Of a stretch of 13,855 nucleotides of DNA, positions 1-8,254 are shown piece by piece (the stretch's first letter is position 1; each line of letters starts with the position of its first letter). Made by a program: the position numbers and the translations under genes. The DNA is from a virus. The DNA lies in the UHGV virus genome UHGV-0141996. One strand, written 5' to 3'. The notes under the pieces were generated by a model. The model saw only the letters and a program-made list of their open reading frames with translations, had not been told where the DNA came from and made no database searches.

Positions 1-15
1 GGTGTGTTTGAAAGT

Positions 16-39
16 GCGCGGGGGGGGTCATTCCCGCGC
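16..39 (-). terminator. Candidate hairpin downstream of the 50..964 minus-strand gene
   Basis: GC-rich inverted repeat GCGCGGG (16-22) / CCCGCGC (33-39) with a 10-nt loop, just 3' of the minus-strand stop at 50-52. The U-tract on the minus strand is poor (ACTTTCAAAC), so intrinsic-terminator status is uncertain. Confidence 0.3.
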
Positions 40-49
40 GTCCGGCGCT

Positions 50-964
50 TTATGGTAAGTATTTAAGTATTTCTGCTGCCCAGTTTACACGGTGGATGAC
101 ACGGGCATGGTGCAAGTTTCCGTCTAGTATTTCGGCTTTAGTTAGCTGGGATAACTGCTGCCAATTATTGTTAAGTATATAAGTTGCGTTATTACATTGT
201 GAGCTTTCTAGCACGTAAATGTTTTGGCCTGTGAACCCAAATATCACGTAGCCTTGGAACCCAGCTTGCCCAACCGCTACGAAATCTGGTTTTTTACTAT
301 TGATAAGTTCAAGTCTGCCTTCAACAACAGCGGTATTGCCCTTTCCCCTGATCTTAATAGCTGAAAGGATTTTTGAACCGATAGTACTCCAAGGCTGTTG
401 ACCCTGAGGCAGGAGGCTCCAGTTTAGTTTTATAGATTTACTTTTAACGATGGTATTAAGTTGGTCGTCAACAGTTTCGCACAACCCAAAAAGCTCTAAA
501 AAAAGATTAATGCAGTGAGCCACTAACTCTTTGTTGTTAGCTGTCAAACTTAGCTTTGGAGAGATGATCAACTTCTCCCCTTGCAGATTCTCTACAATCT
601 TTAACTCTATGCTTGGTGGAGGGGTGAGGATTCTCTTGTAGCGCTTATACTCAATTTCACGAGTGTCAGTAACTTCTTGAGTTGCGCCCCCTCCGATCCA
701 TTGCTTTCTAGTCCATGAAATTTGTCTGTATGCAGTTTCTTTAGGTGCTGTTTTGTCAGGTACTGATTTGCCATTAGCATTGAATCTGGTTATTGGCCCT
801 AAAATTTTGGGGAGGACTTCTTCACCTAAAGCTCTTTGACTTGAGAAACCAATAGAGTCCGTTTTCCCCGCATCTGGCAAAGAATGTGCAATGTAGATAT
901 CACGGCCATCAAAGTTAGGTATGTAATTATCAATATTTCGAATACGCTTTTTCTGAATAAGCAT
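50..964 (-). CDS. Hypothetical protein, 304 aa, AT-rich orphan; no recognisable motifs
   Basis: Uninterrupted 304-codon ORF with ATG start and a good Shine-Dalgarno (AAGGA, 7 nt upstream on the minus strand). Composition is visibly more AT-rich than the central operon. Hairpin immediately downstream. No catalytic or family motif recognised by eye. Confidence 0.7.
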   Translation of the reverse strand: MLIQKKRIRNIDNYIPNFDGRDIYIAHSLPDAGKTDSIGFSSQRALGEEVLPKILGPITRFNANGKSVPDKTAPKETAYRQISWTRKQWIGGGATQEVTDTREIEYKRYKRILTPPPSIELKIVENLQGEKLIISPKLSLTANNKELVAHCINLFLELFGLCETVDDQLNTIVKSKSIKLNWSLLPQGQQPWSTIGSKILSAIKIRGKGNTAVVEGRLELINSKKPDFVAVGQAGFQGYVIFGFTGQNIYVLESSQCNNATYILNNNWQQLSQLTKAEILDGNLHHARVIHRVNWAAEILKYLP

Positions 965-1802
965 GGATCGTTCCTTTTGATTTTATCTTACTGTTTACAT
1001 AACCAACCAAGCCGGGCACAATCGAGCCGTTAGAGACGATAGTGAGGCTAACAATCGTTATGAGTTTGCAGACTCATGGCGGTCATGCTTCATAGACCGG
1101 ATTCACGCAGGTGACTCCGGTTTTTTTATGCCCATCATTTATACATGGGCACAACATATAGGGTGTGTTAATAAGATTACCCCCTACATGTTCAGCATTC
1201 TAGTTAGGATTCTTTGCAGTACAAGGGTTGATTTTGAGGTTAAATTGAGGTTGTCAAAGGGAAATTTCGACCAACCCTACGTGCCGTAAGGCTTAGGCTG
1301 TATGTCAATGTTTCAGAAAAAAAAATGAAAATTTGATCGAGTGCTGATTTCTTTAGCACGAGAACATGAGATCGAACCAAAATATTGCAAAGTTTTGAAC
1401 AAAACTTGAACTGCCTCGTGTCTCCATAGCCAAGACGAATGCAGTTTAAATAAGCTAAGTCAGCTCTCAAAAGTCCTTTATGACCCGAACCAAAAATTGT
1501 ACCTCTTAAACCCCACCGCAAGCGGCTCTCCGGGGTTTGTGCGCATGGAGTAATGCGGTTGTACTGGGTATGTGCGCACAACCCTCTACAAGCCGCATTC
1601 TACCGTTAGCCTATAGCTGAATCCCCGGCTTGAAAAATTGCACGCTTATGGTTGCCCCTCCCTCAACTCTATAGCTCGCCCGCGCCCCCGTGCGCATGTG
1701 CGTGCCCGCGCGTCAGGGGTCGCTGAGAAAACCCTAAGATTTTGCTCATCCGAGGCAACCGTTGCAGGCGCGTGTTGCCGAGGGCACACTGCCAGTGTTT
1801 GA

Positions 1803-1908
1803 TGGTGTCATCAATCGTTCGATTCTTGCTACCTTCCTGAGTGATTACTATCTGGTGTCATCAATTTAGGGTTTGACTAAATGCTACCACCAATGCAATG
1901 ATGCTACC
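1803..1908 (+). promoter_or_regulatory. Repeat-bearing leader/promoter region upstream of the serine recombinase gene
   Basis: Exact 13-bp direct repeat TGGTGTCATCAAT at 1803-1815 and 1853-1865 (50 bp centre-to-centre). ATGCTACC at 1881-1888 and 1901-1908, plus TTGCTACC at 1826-1833. TTGACT -35-like hexamer at 1873-1878. SD GGAGAGGTG precedes the ATG at 1940. Confidence 0.35.
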
Positions 1909-1939
1909 GTTTTGTGATACCAGACGGGAGAGGTGAAGC

Positions 1940-2515
1940 ATGAGGACTTTTATCTACTGCCGCGTTTCAACACGCGAGCAGGATACGCAGAATCAGGTGC
2001 TGGCTATTGAGCGTGCCGGGTACACGGTGCCTGAGAGCAGGGTAATCAGCGAGGACATTTCCGGCAGCGTTCAGGCTATGCAGCGCCCTAAGTTTCGGGC
2101 GATGGTTGAGCATAAGCTGGAAGCGGGAGATCAGCTTGTCGTGCTGAAACTGGACAGGCTGGGGCGCGACAACATCGACGTGCAACAGACCATCGACATG
2201 CTGTTAGAACGTGGCGTGAAGGTGGTGTCTCTTGACCTGCCAGCGCGTGATCTGACTTCATCTGAGGGCAAGCTAATCCGCCAGATGTTTGGAGCTTTTG
2301 CTGAGTTCGAGCGAAACCGTATCCGTGAGAGGACGCTGGACGGGCTGGAGAAGGCGAAAGCCAATGGCGTTAAGCTGGGACGCAAGGAAGCCACCGACAC
2401 CACTGAAAAGGTGCTGGAGTTGCGGAGTGAGGGGCTGTCTCAATCGAAGGTAGCGAAGCGTCTCGGCGTTAGCGTGAGCACCGTTAAACGCCACTGGAAC
2501 AAGGGCGAGGAGTGA
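1940..2515 (+). CDS. Small serine recombinase (resolvase/invertase family), 191 aa
   Basis: N-terminal YCRVSTREQ motif with the catalytic serine. LVVLKLDRLGRD and FAEFERNRIRERT blocks align by eye with gamma-delta/Tn3 resolvase. C-terminal HTH (SQSKVAKRLGVSVSTVKRH). Strong SD. Confidence 0.9.
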   Translation: MRTFIYCRVSTREQDTQNQVLAIERAGYTVPESRVISEDISGSVQAMQRPKFRAMVEHKLEAGDQLVVLKLDRLGRDNIDVQQTIDMLLERGVKVVSLDLPARDLTSSEGKLIRQMFGAFAEFERNRIRERTLDGLEKAKANGVKLGRKEATDTTEKVLELRSEGLSQSKVAKRLGVSVSTVKRHWNKGEE

Positions 2516-3215
2516 TGGCCTACAACCGAATGAGGTGCTATGACTGGCCGTTACTGGGCTGTGGGTGATGGATGACCTACAGCTTTTGTATTAATTTCAG
2601 AGGGTTATGTTATGCGTAATATCATAACGATATGATTTATAATGTATTTTCGTATTACTTGCGGCTCTCGATGTGAAGAGGTGGCGGGGCTTTAGCCGTG
2701 CCAGACGATGAACATCGAGATCAGATTGTGAATGTGATTCATCACTGAACAATTCGAGGGATGGGGCAGGGGAAGGGATCAAAGGCTGCGTTGTCCAATC
2801 ACTAAGCTAGATTTGAAGCTGGTCAACACGTTAGTAGTATCTTTAAAGTTGCATTTTAAATACATGTACAAGAAAGGGTTCTTCCCTTACATCCCTTCTC
2901 CTAAATGTAGTTACGAGTGCTTCGCTCTCTTCACTTGCTGCGCTTCTCGCTATGCTCCAGCCCGCTCCATCGCCTTTGGCTCATTCCCGGACTTCGCCCG
3001 CTGTGATGCTCGGCCACTCTACGCAACCGTGCTTGCCGTGGCAGGCAACGCGGCGGGGATGTGTAGTGGAACGGTACTCTGTATCGGTATGATTACTGTA
3101 TTCAATCACATACTGGTATCAGTAGGTATCCTTCAAAACATCTTCATTCATTTCTGTATCGTTCAATCATCTTTCTTGTTCGTTTCCTTTCAGGTCTTAG
3201 CCGTTGGTCATTGGT

Positions 3216-3330
3216 CTTACTGCCTGCTGTGCTACTGCCAGCTATGGCACGCCGTCACGGTCTACTGTCTGTTACCTGTCCTACTGCCTTCACTGTCTGC
3301 CGTCTGTCAGTCCTACGGTCTGCCATCCGT
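3216..3330 (+). repeat. Iteron-like short repeat cluster in a pyrimidine-skewed ORF-poor region
   Basis: YTACTGYC-type motifs at 3216-3224 (CTTACTGCC), 3231-3239 (GCTACTGCC), 3261-3271 (TCTACTGTCTG) and 3281-3288 (CTACTGCC). CTGTCTG-type motifs at 3293-3308. Tandem CATCCGT CATCCGT at about 3324-3337. The plus strand is strongly C/T-rich. Confidence 0.4.
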
Positions 3331-3778
3331 CATCCGTTCGGCGCTCGCTTGTTTCGGCTGCGCCGCGCTCGCTCTGCGTATCTAGCGATACTATATCACT
3401 ATAGACACTTTCATAATTATATAATGATTACAGTAACTTATGTTTTCTGTTTTAAAAGCTACTAATAAGGAGATATAGAGCATTACTTACCCGCTTTTGA
3501 CCGACAAAAATCGCGTTGTTAAGTATTGCCAGCCCAGGCTCAATAAGGCTTAGCGAGGTGGTGGCTAAAAAATGAGCTAATGAAGGTATCTACTAAGGAG
3601 AAAGAATAACTCCCGAAGCGCGACAAACTCTCCGATTTTGAAAGTGACTATTAAGGCAGATAAAGACACTGACACTGTTGCTGACATGAAAACTTCTAAA
3701 AGGGCAGAGAGTCTGCCGAACCCGTACCGCTGACCCAACCTGAGCTAATACCTACCCCTATTTTCTGGAGATTTCACC

Positions 3779-5623
3779 ATGCCAACAAACCTACGCCGCC
3801 TGCTTGCGCAGGCTGCCGACGCTGACCCGCTCAATACTGCGGACGCAGATGTACAGCAAATGATCGCTGACGGGATTGTTATTCGACGTTCCAAGATATG
3901 CCCTGTAAAGCGTAAACCCGTTAAGGCGGCATACAACACAAAGACCGAAGAGTTTTATTACAATGCAGATGGCTCCGCGATGACCTTGCGGGAGTGGCGA
4001 ACGCTGCACGGTGTTCAACCGAAGAAACAAAAACAGCGCTCTGACACTGGGTTGCGGCAAGTCATCCAGCCCGGCGACGCGATTCACTGCCGACGCGCTG
4101 AGATTGAGCAATGGCTTAATAAGAAGCCCGCTCGTTATGTTGACCCGCTGCCGCCAGATTTTCCCGGTGTTCGCGTAGACGATGCCGCATTGAAACCGCG
4201 CGAGCACGCCGTGCCGGAAGCGACAACCGGACAGAATGCTTTTCTCAAAGCCTGCCGCGAGTTCCTGATTTGCGATGAGAAGACCATGCGCCGTATCAGT
4301 CGGGGCATGAACCAAATGGAAGCTATGCGCAACGCAGATTTCAAACGCTACGGAGACTCAGGGGAGTTTCGTCAATTGTGGTGTGGAGAGTCGAAGCCTA
4401 CCGAAGATAGATTTAATAGTTCTAATCATCATTGTGACCCGAACGGCTTGGCTGCTTCGCCGTCTGTGCCGCCACTGAATACTGCACCGTATGAGTTCCG
4501 CCCGCTGGCTCGCTGTGACCGAAACGCACGCGTTAGCCTGCTGCCACCTGATGGGCTGGAGTGGAGGCCGGGGCAGTTGTCTGTTGCTGATGCGATCTTT
4601 TCCCGTGGCAGTGATGTGCTTGCCGTACTGCCGACCGGGTATGGCAAAAGCGCCGCCTTCACTTATCCATTGATTTATGAGTCCCGCGCTGGCATTGGCC
4701 TGTCTGTAATCGTGGTTCCTACTAATACCCTTAAGCGTCAGATTCTCCGCCAGTTGCGGGAGGCTGGCATTCACGCTGTGGCCTTTGGCGATAAGCTACC
4801 GAGGCACCGCAACGCACAACAACTGGCGGGACTAGCAGCCGGGGCGTTCCGGGTTGCTGTTGTTTCGCCTGAACATCTGGTTCCGTCGAGTCAGGTTCTC
4901 GCGGCGCTGATGGCTTATGGCGTTGATCGTTTTATTATCGATGAGGCACACACGGTCAAAGACTGGGATTTCCGCCCAGCTTACGACGCAATGCAGCACA
5001 CACTACAGAATGCTTTTCCCTCGGCTCAGCGCTGCGTGTTTACGGCTACTCTACTACGTGAAAATGAGAGCGGTTTAATGGAGGCGCTGGGATGCCGTGG
5101 CGATTACGTTACATTCCGTGCTGATGTTGCTCGCGAGAATATCCAGTTGATTCCGGTCAGGCAGTGCCGCCAGCGATACCGCGCGGCTGTTGGTCTGGTC
5201 GAGGCTCTGCCAGAGGAAGAGAAGACGCTCATTCTAGTCAATGACCTTAAGACGTTGCGGGCGTACCTGAAACTCTTCGGCGACCGGGCGCGCCCATATC
5301 ACTCGAAGACGATGCACCTGAGCAACGAGGAACGCCACGCAAACGCTGAGTGGTTTGCCTCTGCGCCGGGCGCGATTCTGATTGCTACTAAAGCCTTCGG
5401 GCTGGGTGCTGATGTTCCTGATATCCGTAACGTTGTCGTGACATACGTTCCCGATGACTTGCCTGATCTCGTTCAGATGATTGGACGAGCCGGGCGCGAT
5501 GGGGAACCTGCCCGCGCTTTTCTGCTGTGGTCATCGCTGGCGCTGGATGTTGCTCCTGATGAGCTTGCTTACTTCTACCGCCCTGAAAACTGTAACTGGC
5601 AGTACATCGCTAAATACCTCTGA
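3779..5623 (+). CDS. RecQ-like superfamily-2 DNA helicase, 614 aa, with a roughly 280-aa N-terminal region of unknown function
   Basis: Helicase motif I LPTGYGKSAAF, motif II DEAH box FIIDEAHTV followed by DWDFRPAY (RecQ-like), FTATL, and motif VI QMIGRAGRDG. SD GGAG 9 nt upstream of the ATG. The N-terminal region has no recognisable primase or helicase motif. Confidence 0.85.
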   Translation: MPTNLRRLLAQAADADPLNTADADVQQMIADGIVIRRSKICPVKRKPVKAAYNTKTEEFYYNADGSAMTLREWRTLHGVQPKKQKQRSDTGLRQVIQPGDAIHCRRAEIEQWLNKKPARYVDPLPPDFPGVRVDDAALKPREHAVPEATTGQNAFLKACREFLICDEKTMRRISRGMNQMEAMRNADFKRYGDSGEFRQLWCGESKPTEDRFNSSNHHCDPNGLAASPSVPPLNTAPYEFRPLARCDRNARVSLLPPDGLEWRPGQLSVADAIFSRGSDVLAVLPTGYGKSAAFTYPLIYESRAGIGLSVIVVPTNTLKRQILRQLREAGIHAVAFGDKLPRHRNAQQLAGLAAGAFRVAVVSPEHLVPSSQVLAALMAYGVDRFIIDEAHTVKDWDFRPAYDAMQHTLQNAFPSAQRCVFTATLLRENESGLMEALGCRGDYVTFRADVARENIQLIPVRQCRQRYRAAVGLVEALPEEEKTLILVNDLKTLRAYLKLFGDRARPYHSKTMHLSNEERHANAEWFASAPGAILIATKAFGLGADVPDIRNVVVTYVPDDLPDLVQMIGRAGRDGEPARAFLLWSSLALDVAPDELAYFYRPENCNWQYIAKYL

Positions 5624-5660
5624 GTCGAAAGGCTCTCCCTGATTCTCTGGAGTTAATCAT

Positions 5661-6098
5661 ATGCCTGTTACCGAACATGCGCAGCGTCGTGCTGCGCGTG
5701 CGGATGCGCTCATCACCGCACAACTAGCCTTTGCCCTGAATGGGTACAACTGGGATGAACTGGCCGAACCTCATCGCAAGACCCTTAATCGTGAGGCCAT
5801 CATTAGCGAGGTATCTACACCGCTGGAGCGATATTGCCTGCTGAATGATTGCGAGCCGTGGGAGTGTCTGGCCGCTGTACTGAACCGCATGAAAAGGCCG
5901 GATGGCTCGCGTCGCTGGAAAGCCGTCCGGTTGTCCGACCGGGTTTTCAATGGCCGGGTGCATCCAGTGCGCAAGACTCCTGATGAAGTTTACGCCGCCA
6001 TTGCCCGCCGCTTGTTCCTGCCGAAGCCTGTGCATCAAGAAGTGATACAGCACATCCGTGCGCTTGGCTTGTTACCAGTTGGAGATAACCACCAATGA
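5661..6098 (+). CDS. Hypothetical protein, 145 aa
   Basis: ORF with GGAG SD 8 nt upstream. Stop overlaps the next start (ATGA at 6095-6098). Codon usage and GC match the operon. Confidence 0.6.
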   Translation: MPVTEHAQRRAARADALITAQLAFALNGYNWDELAEPHRKTLNREAIISEVSTPLERYCLLNDCEPWECLAAVLNRMKRPDGSRRWKAVRLSDRVFNGRVHPVRKTPDEVYAAIARRLFLPKPVHQEVIQHIRALGLLPVGDNHQ

Positions 6099-6304
6099 CG
6101 AAATCTGAATTTGAAAATGAAACATGGCGAATGAAGGGCTTGCTTCTTGGGGCGCTGATTCGCCGCCTTGAGGAAGATAAGGCTGGCGAGTCGCGCATGG
6201 TCGCAGCGGAGTTATCCAGTGCGGTCAACTTCCTTAAGGCCAACGCCGTAGAAGCACCGGACACATCATTCAACAACGTGTTCCCGGAGGATGACGAACA
6301 ATGA
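6095..6304 (+). CDS. Hypothetical small protein, 69 aa
   Basis: ATGA overlap with the upstream gene, GGAGA SD, and its stop overlaps the next start (ATGA at 6301-6304). Confidence 0.55.
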   Translation: MTKSEFENETWRMKGLLLGALIRRLEEDKAGESRMVAAELSSAVNFLKANAVEAPDTSFNNVFPEDDEQ

Positions 6305-6477
6305 CCCCTGAACAATTCAGACAATGGTTCGCCACGCTGCCACCGAACTATCAGAGCGCCGCACGCACCATGTACGACAACGCCCGCAAGTCGGGCATAC
6401 ATACCGCGTCAAGCCTTGCGCTGATTCACACGTTGGTTACTGACCAGATCAAATTTGATTCGGAGTTTAATTTATGA
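6301..6477 (+). CDS. Hypothetical small protein, 58 aa (below the ORF-track length cutoff)
   Basis: Hand-translated: ATG at 6301, TGA at 6475-6477, giving MTPEQFRQWFATLPPNYQSAARTMYDNARKSGIHTASSLALIHTLVTDQIKFDSEFNL. GGAGG SD upstream. ATGA overlaps at both ends, continuing the translational-coupling pattern. Confidence 0.45.
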   Translation: MTPEQFRQWFATLPPNYQSAARTMYDNARKSGIHTASSLALIHTLVTDQIKFDSEFNL

Positions 6478-7037
6478 CTTTGAGTATTACCGATATCCAG
6501 CGCATTAACGCGCTGGCTCATAAGCACCTAAAGAACAATGAAGAGATTGCAGCGGAGACAGGTCATACCCTGACCGATATTGATGCTGTAATCCGTGGCG
6601 TCTATGTCGATGACTTGGCCGAACATTGGAAAGACGATGCTGATATTACTCTGGCGGAGTACAACGCCATCCGCAGCCGCTATAAGCCCGGCAAGTTGCA
6701 CCGCGATACAGAGTTTATGATTGCCCGCGATATGCTGATTCGCCCTGAGACTGTGCTGGCTATCGCCCATTCCCGCTTTAGCAACGTCCACACGCACCCA
6801 GTGCCGAAAGCCGTCAAAGCAAAGCCGGAGAAAGCGAAAGTAGTGCGCAAGTTAGTGCTTACTGATTTAGATGAAATCCACAAGTTAGAGCGCTTCGGTT
6901 GGCCTGCTGCGGAGATCGCCGGGAAGCTGGGCGTCCCTGTTGAAGTCGTCGCGCATGTGCAACGCTGTCTGAGAAATCGTTGGTCGTACCCGGATACTCT
7001 GGAGTTTGTTAACTCCAAATTCAGCGAGGCTGAATGA
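6474..7037 (+). CDS. Hypothetical protein with C-terminal HTH-like segment, 187 aa
   Basis: ORF with GGAG SD. C-terminal LTDLDEIHKLERFGWPAAEIAGKLGVPVEVVAHV resembles an HTH/sigma-region-4-like DNA-binding segment. ATGA overlap with the next gene. Confidence 0.6.
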   Translation: MTLSITDIQRINALAHKHLKNNEEIAAETGHTLTDIDAVIRGVYVDDLAEHWKDDADITLAEYNAIRSRYKPGKLHRDTEFMIARDMLIRPETVLAIAHSRFSNVHTHPVPKAVKAKPEKAKVVRKLVLTDLDEIHKLERFGWPAAEIAGKLGVPVEVVAHVQRCLRNRWSYPDTLEFVNSKFSEAE

Positions 7038-7270
7038 TGGCAGAGAACGAACCGCTGCACCCCGCCGTTAACCCTGATCTCTACGTGAACCTTGACGAAC
7101 AACGCGAAGGATACGCTCCGATTGAATCACGGGGTTGGGATGTGCTGACGCAGAACCTGACCGGGGAAGGGCGAATCGACCCCAGCCAAACACTTAACCA
7201 GAATCCGAAACAACGCCCGCGCGGCTCCGTTGGTGAGCGTCGTTGGCTTCGTAAACGTAGATTACTTTAA
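7034..7270 (+). CDS. Hypothetical small basic protein, 78 aa
   Basis: ATGATG tandem start (7034 or 7037) with GAGG upstream. Arg/Lys-rich C-terminus. Confidence 0.5.
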   Translation: MMAENEPLHPAVNPDLYVNLDEQREGYAPIESRGWDVLTQNLTGEGRIDPSQTLNQNPKQRPRGSVGERRWLRKRRLL

Positions 7271-7282
7271 CGAGGAATTACC

Positions 7283-7522
7283 ATGAGCAAAACTATCGTA
7301 TTGCTGCCGCCACGCAAGAATACAGACTGGGCTGCACAATTAAAGCTGATTTCTGAATCGCTTGAGGTGAGTCAGGCAGACCTCGCCCACGCCTATCAGG
7401 TTGATCGTCGGGATATGGGTAAAGCGTATCACGGTGTGCGCAAACTGCCGGAACGTTGTGTGCCTGTTCATATGCTGTTGTTAGCGCAGGTACACGACTT
7501 TAGAGCATTATCAGGAGAATAA
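7283..7522 (+). CDS. Hypothetical small protein, possible HTH DNA-binding, 79 aa
   Basis: GAGGAA SD 5 nt upstream of the ATG. Central segment SQADLAHAYQVDRRDMGKAYHGVRKLPE is compatible with a Cro/XRE-like HTH; weak. Confidence 0.5.
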   Translation: MSKTIVLLPPRKNTDWAAQLKLISESLEVSQADLAHAYQVDRRDMGKAYHGVRKLPERCVPVHMLLLAQVHDFRALSGE

Positions 7523-7525
7523 TTT

Positions 7526-8254
7526 ATGTCTGACCAGAATGTTAATCCGTACCTTTCCGGTGCTGATACTGCATCGCAGCAATCGCCGTACATGGCTGCA
7601 CCTGTTGGCGCTGACAATGGCGCATCTCGCTTTAGCTCTGCGCCTGCTGATGCTGATTTCCTCCGTACCCAGCCCGTTAATGGCAATGATGGCGGCCAAT
7701 GGAATAATGGCAACATTGCTAATCAGCAAGACCAGAACGCGGACAGCGCCGGGGCGCAGGTGGGCGATACTATCCCCCTGATGGATGGAACAGCTATTGA
7801 GTACACCGCCGAGCTACAAGGGTTAATGGGGCAGTTTCACCAGTCTGTCGAAAGCCAGCTAGGGCAGGGGACAGTTGACGCGATGTTGCAGTACGCTGGC
7901 ACACTCGACGCTGGGACGCAATCCACCCTTGAACGTATGGTTATGTCTGGCGACCCTGCGCAGATGCAGCGGGCGGTTCAGTACCTGCAAGAACGTATGG
8001 CTGCTGGTTCTGCTTCCGGGTACGTTCCTGCACAGGGAAACCCATACGGCCAGCCTGCCGCGCAACCTGTCGGAATGTCACATGCTGAGTTTATAGCAGC
8101 GTATGACCAGCTTTCGCAGTGGGCGCAGCAATCAGGGTATGGCCCCGGCCATCGCCAGTACGACGAACAATACCGTGCTCTGGTTGCGCAGCGCTCCGCT
8201 GGCAAACGTGCTGGTCGCTTACGCCCAACGGTGGAATGCGCCCTGCAAGACTGA
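7526..8254 (+). CDS. Gln/Ala/Gly-rich low-complexity protein, 242 aa; possible scaffolding protein
   Basis: Strong SD AGGAGA. Low-complexity Q/A/G/D-rich composition with predicted helical C-terminal half. Sits immediately upstream of the capsid-like gene region, as scaffold genes do in T7-like and P22-like head modules. The functional call is positional and compositional only. Confidence 0.4.
   Translation: MSDQNVNPYLSGADTASQQSPYMAAPVGADNGASRFSSAPADADFLRTQPVNGNDGGQWNNGNIANQQDQNADSAGAQVGDTIPLMDGTAIEYTAELQGLMGQFHQSVESQLGQGTVDAMLQYAGTLDAGTQSTLERMVMSGDPAQMQRAVQYLQERMAAGSASGYVPAQGNPYGQPAAQPVGMSHAEFIAAYDQLSQWAQQSGYGPGHRQYDEQYRALVAQRSAGKRAGRLRPTVECALQD

Noticed and set aside
1360-1385. Possible tRNA fragment or att remnant suggested by GATCGAACC
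   Set aside because: Neither strand folds into a T-arm/acceptor-stem arrangement and no CCA-proximal acceptor stem is present. Judged a chance resemblance.
1240-1581. 113-aa minus-strand ORF in the long intergenic region
   Set aside because: No ribosome-binding site, spans both an AT-rich and a GC-rich repeat-laden segment, and the product is low complexity. Likely spurious.
965-1939. Invertible promoter switch controlled by the serine recombinase
   Set aside because: I searched the intergenic region for inverted repeats flanking a segment and found only short local hairpins and direct repeats, with no flanking inverted pair of 10 bp or more. Not supported by the sequence as read.
1940-2515. 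Serine recombinase as part of a Tn3-family transposon
   Set aside because: No transposase gene or terminal inverted repeats are evident nearby. More likely a resident recombinase of the phage-like element or of adjacent cargo.
2813-3385. 190-aa ORF from the six-frame track as a Cys-rich membrane protein
   Set aside because: It starts at TTG with no Shine-Dalgarno, and its Cys/Leu/Val/Ser-rich product looks like a by-product of the pyrimidine-rich DNA. Treated as non-coding, though a small hydrophobic protein cannot be excluded without conservation data.
3791-4774. Minus-strand ORFs (174, 138, 77 and 69 aa) antisense to the helicase gene
   Set aside because: Shadow ORFs of a GC-rich, clearly coding plus-strand gene with conserved helicase motifs. 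No independent start signals.
5724-6402. Minus-strand ORFs antisense to the small-gene cluster
   Set aside because: They overlap well-supported plus-strand genes with good RBSs and lack their own signals.
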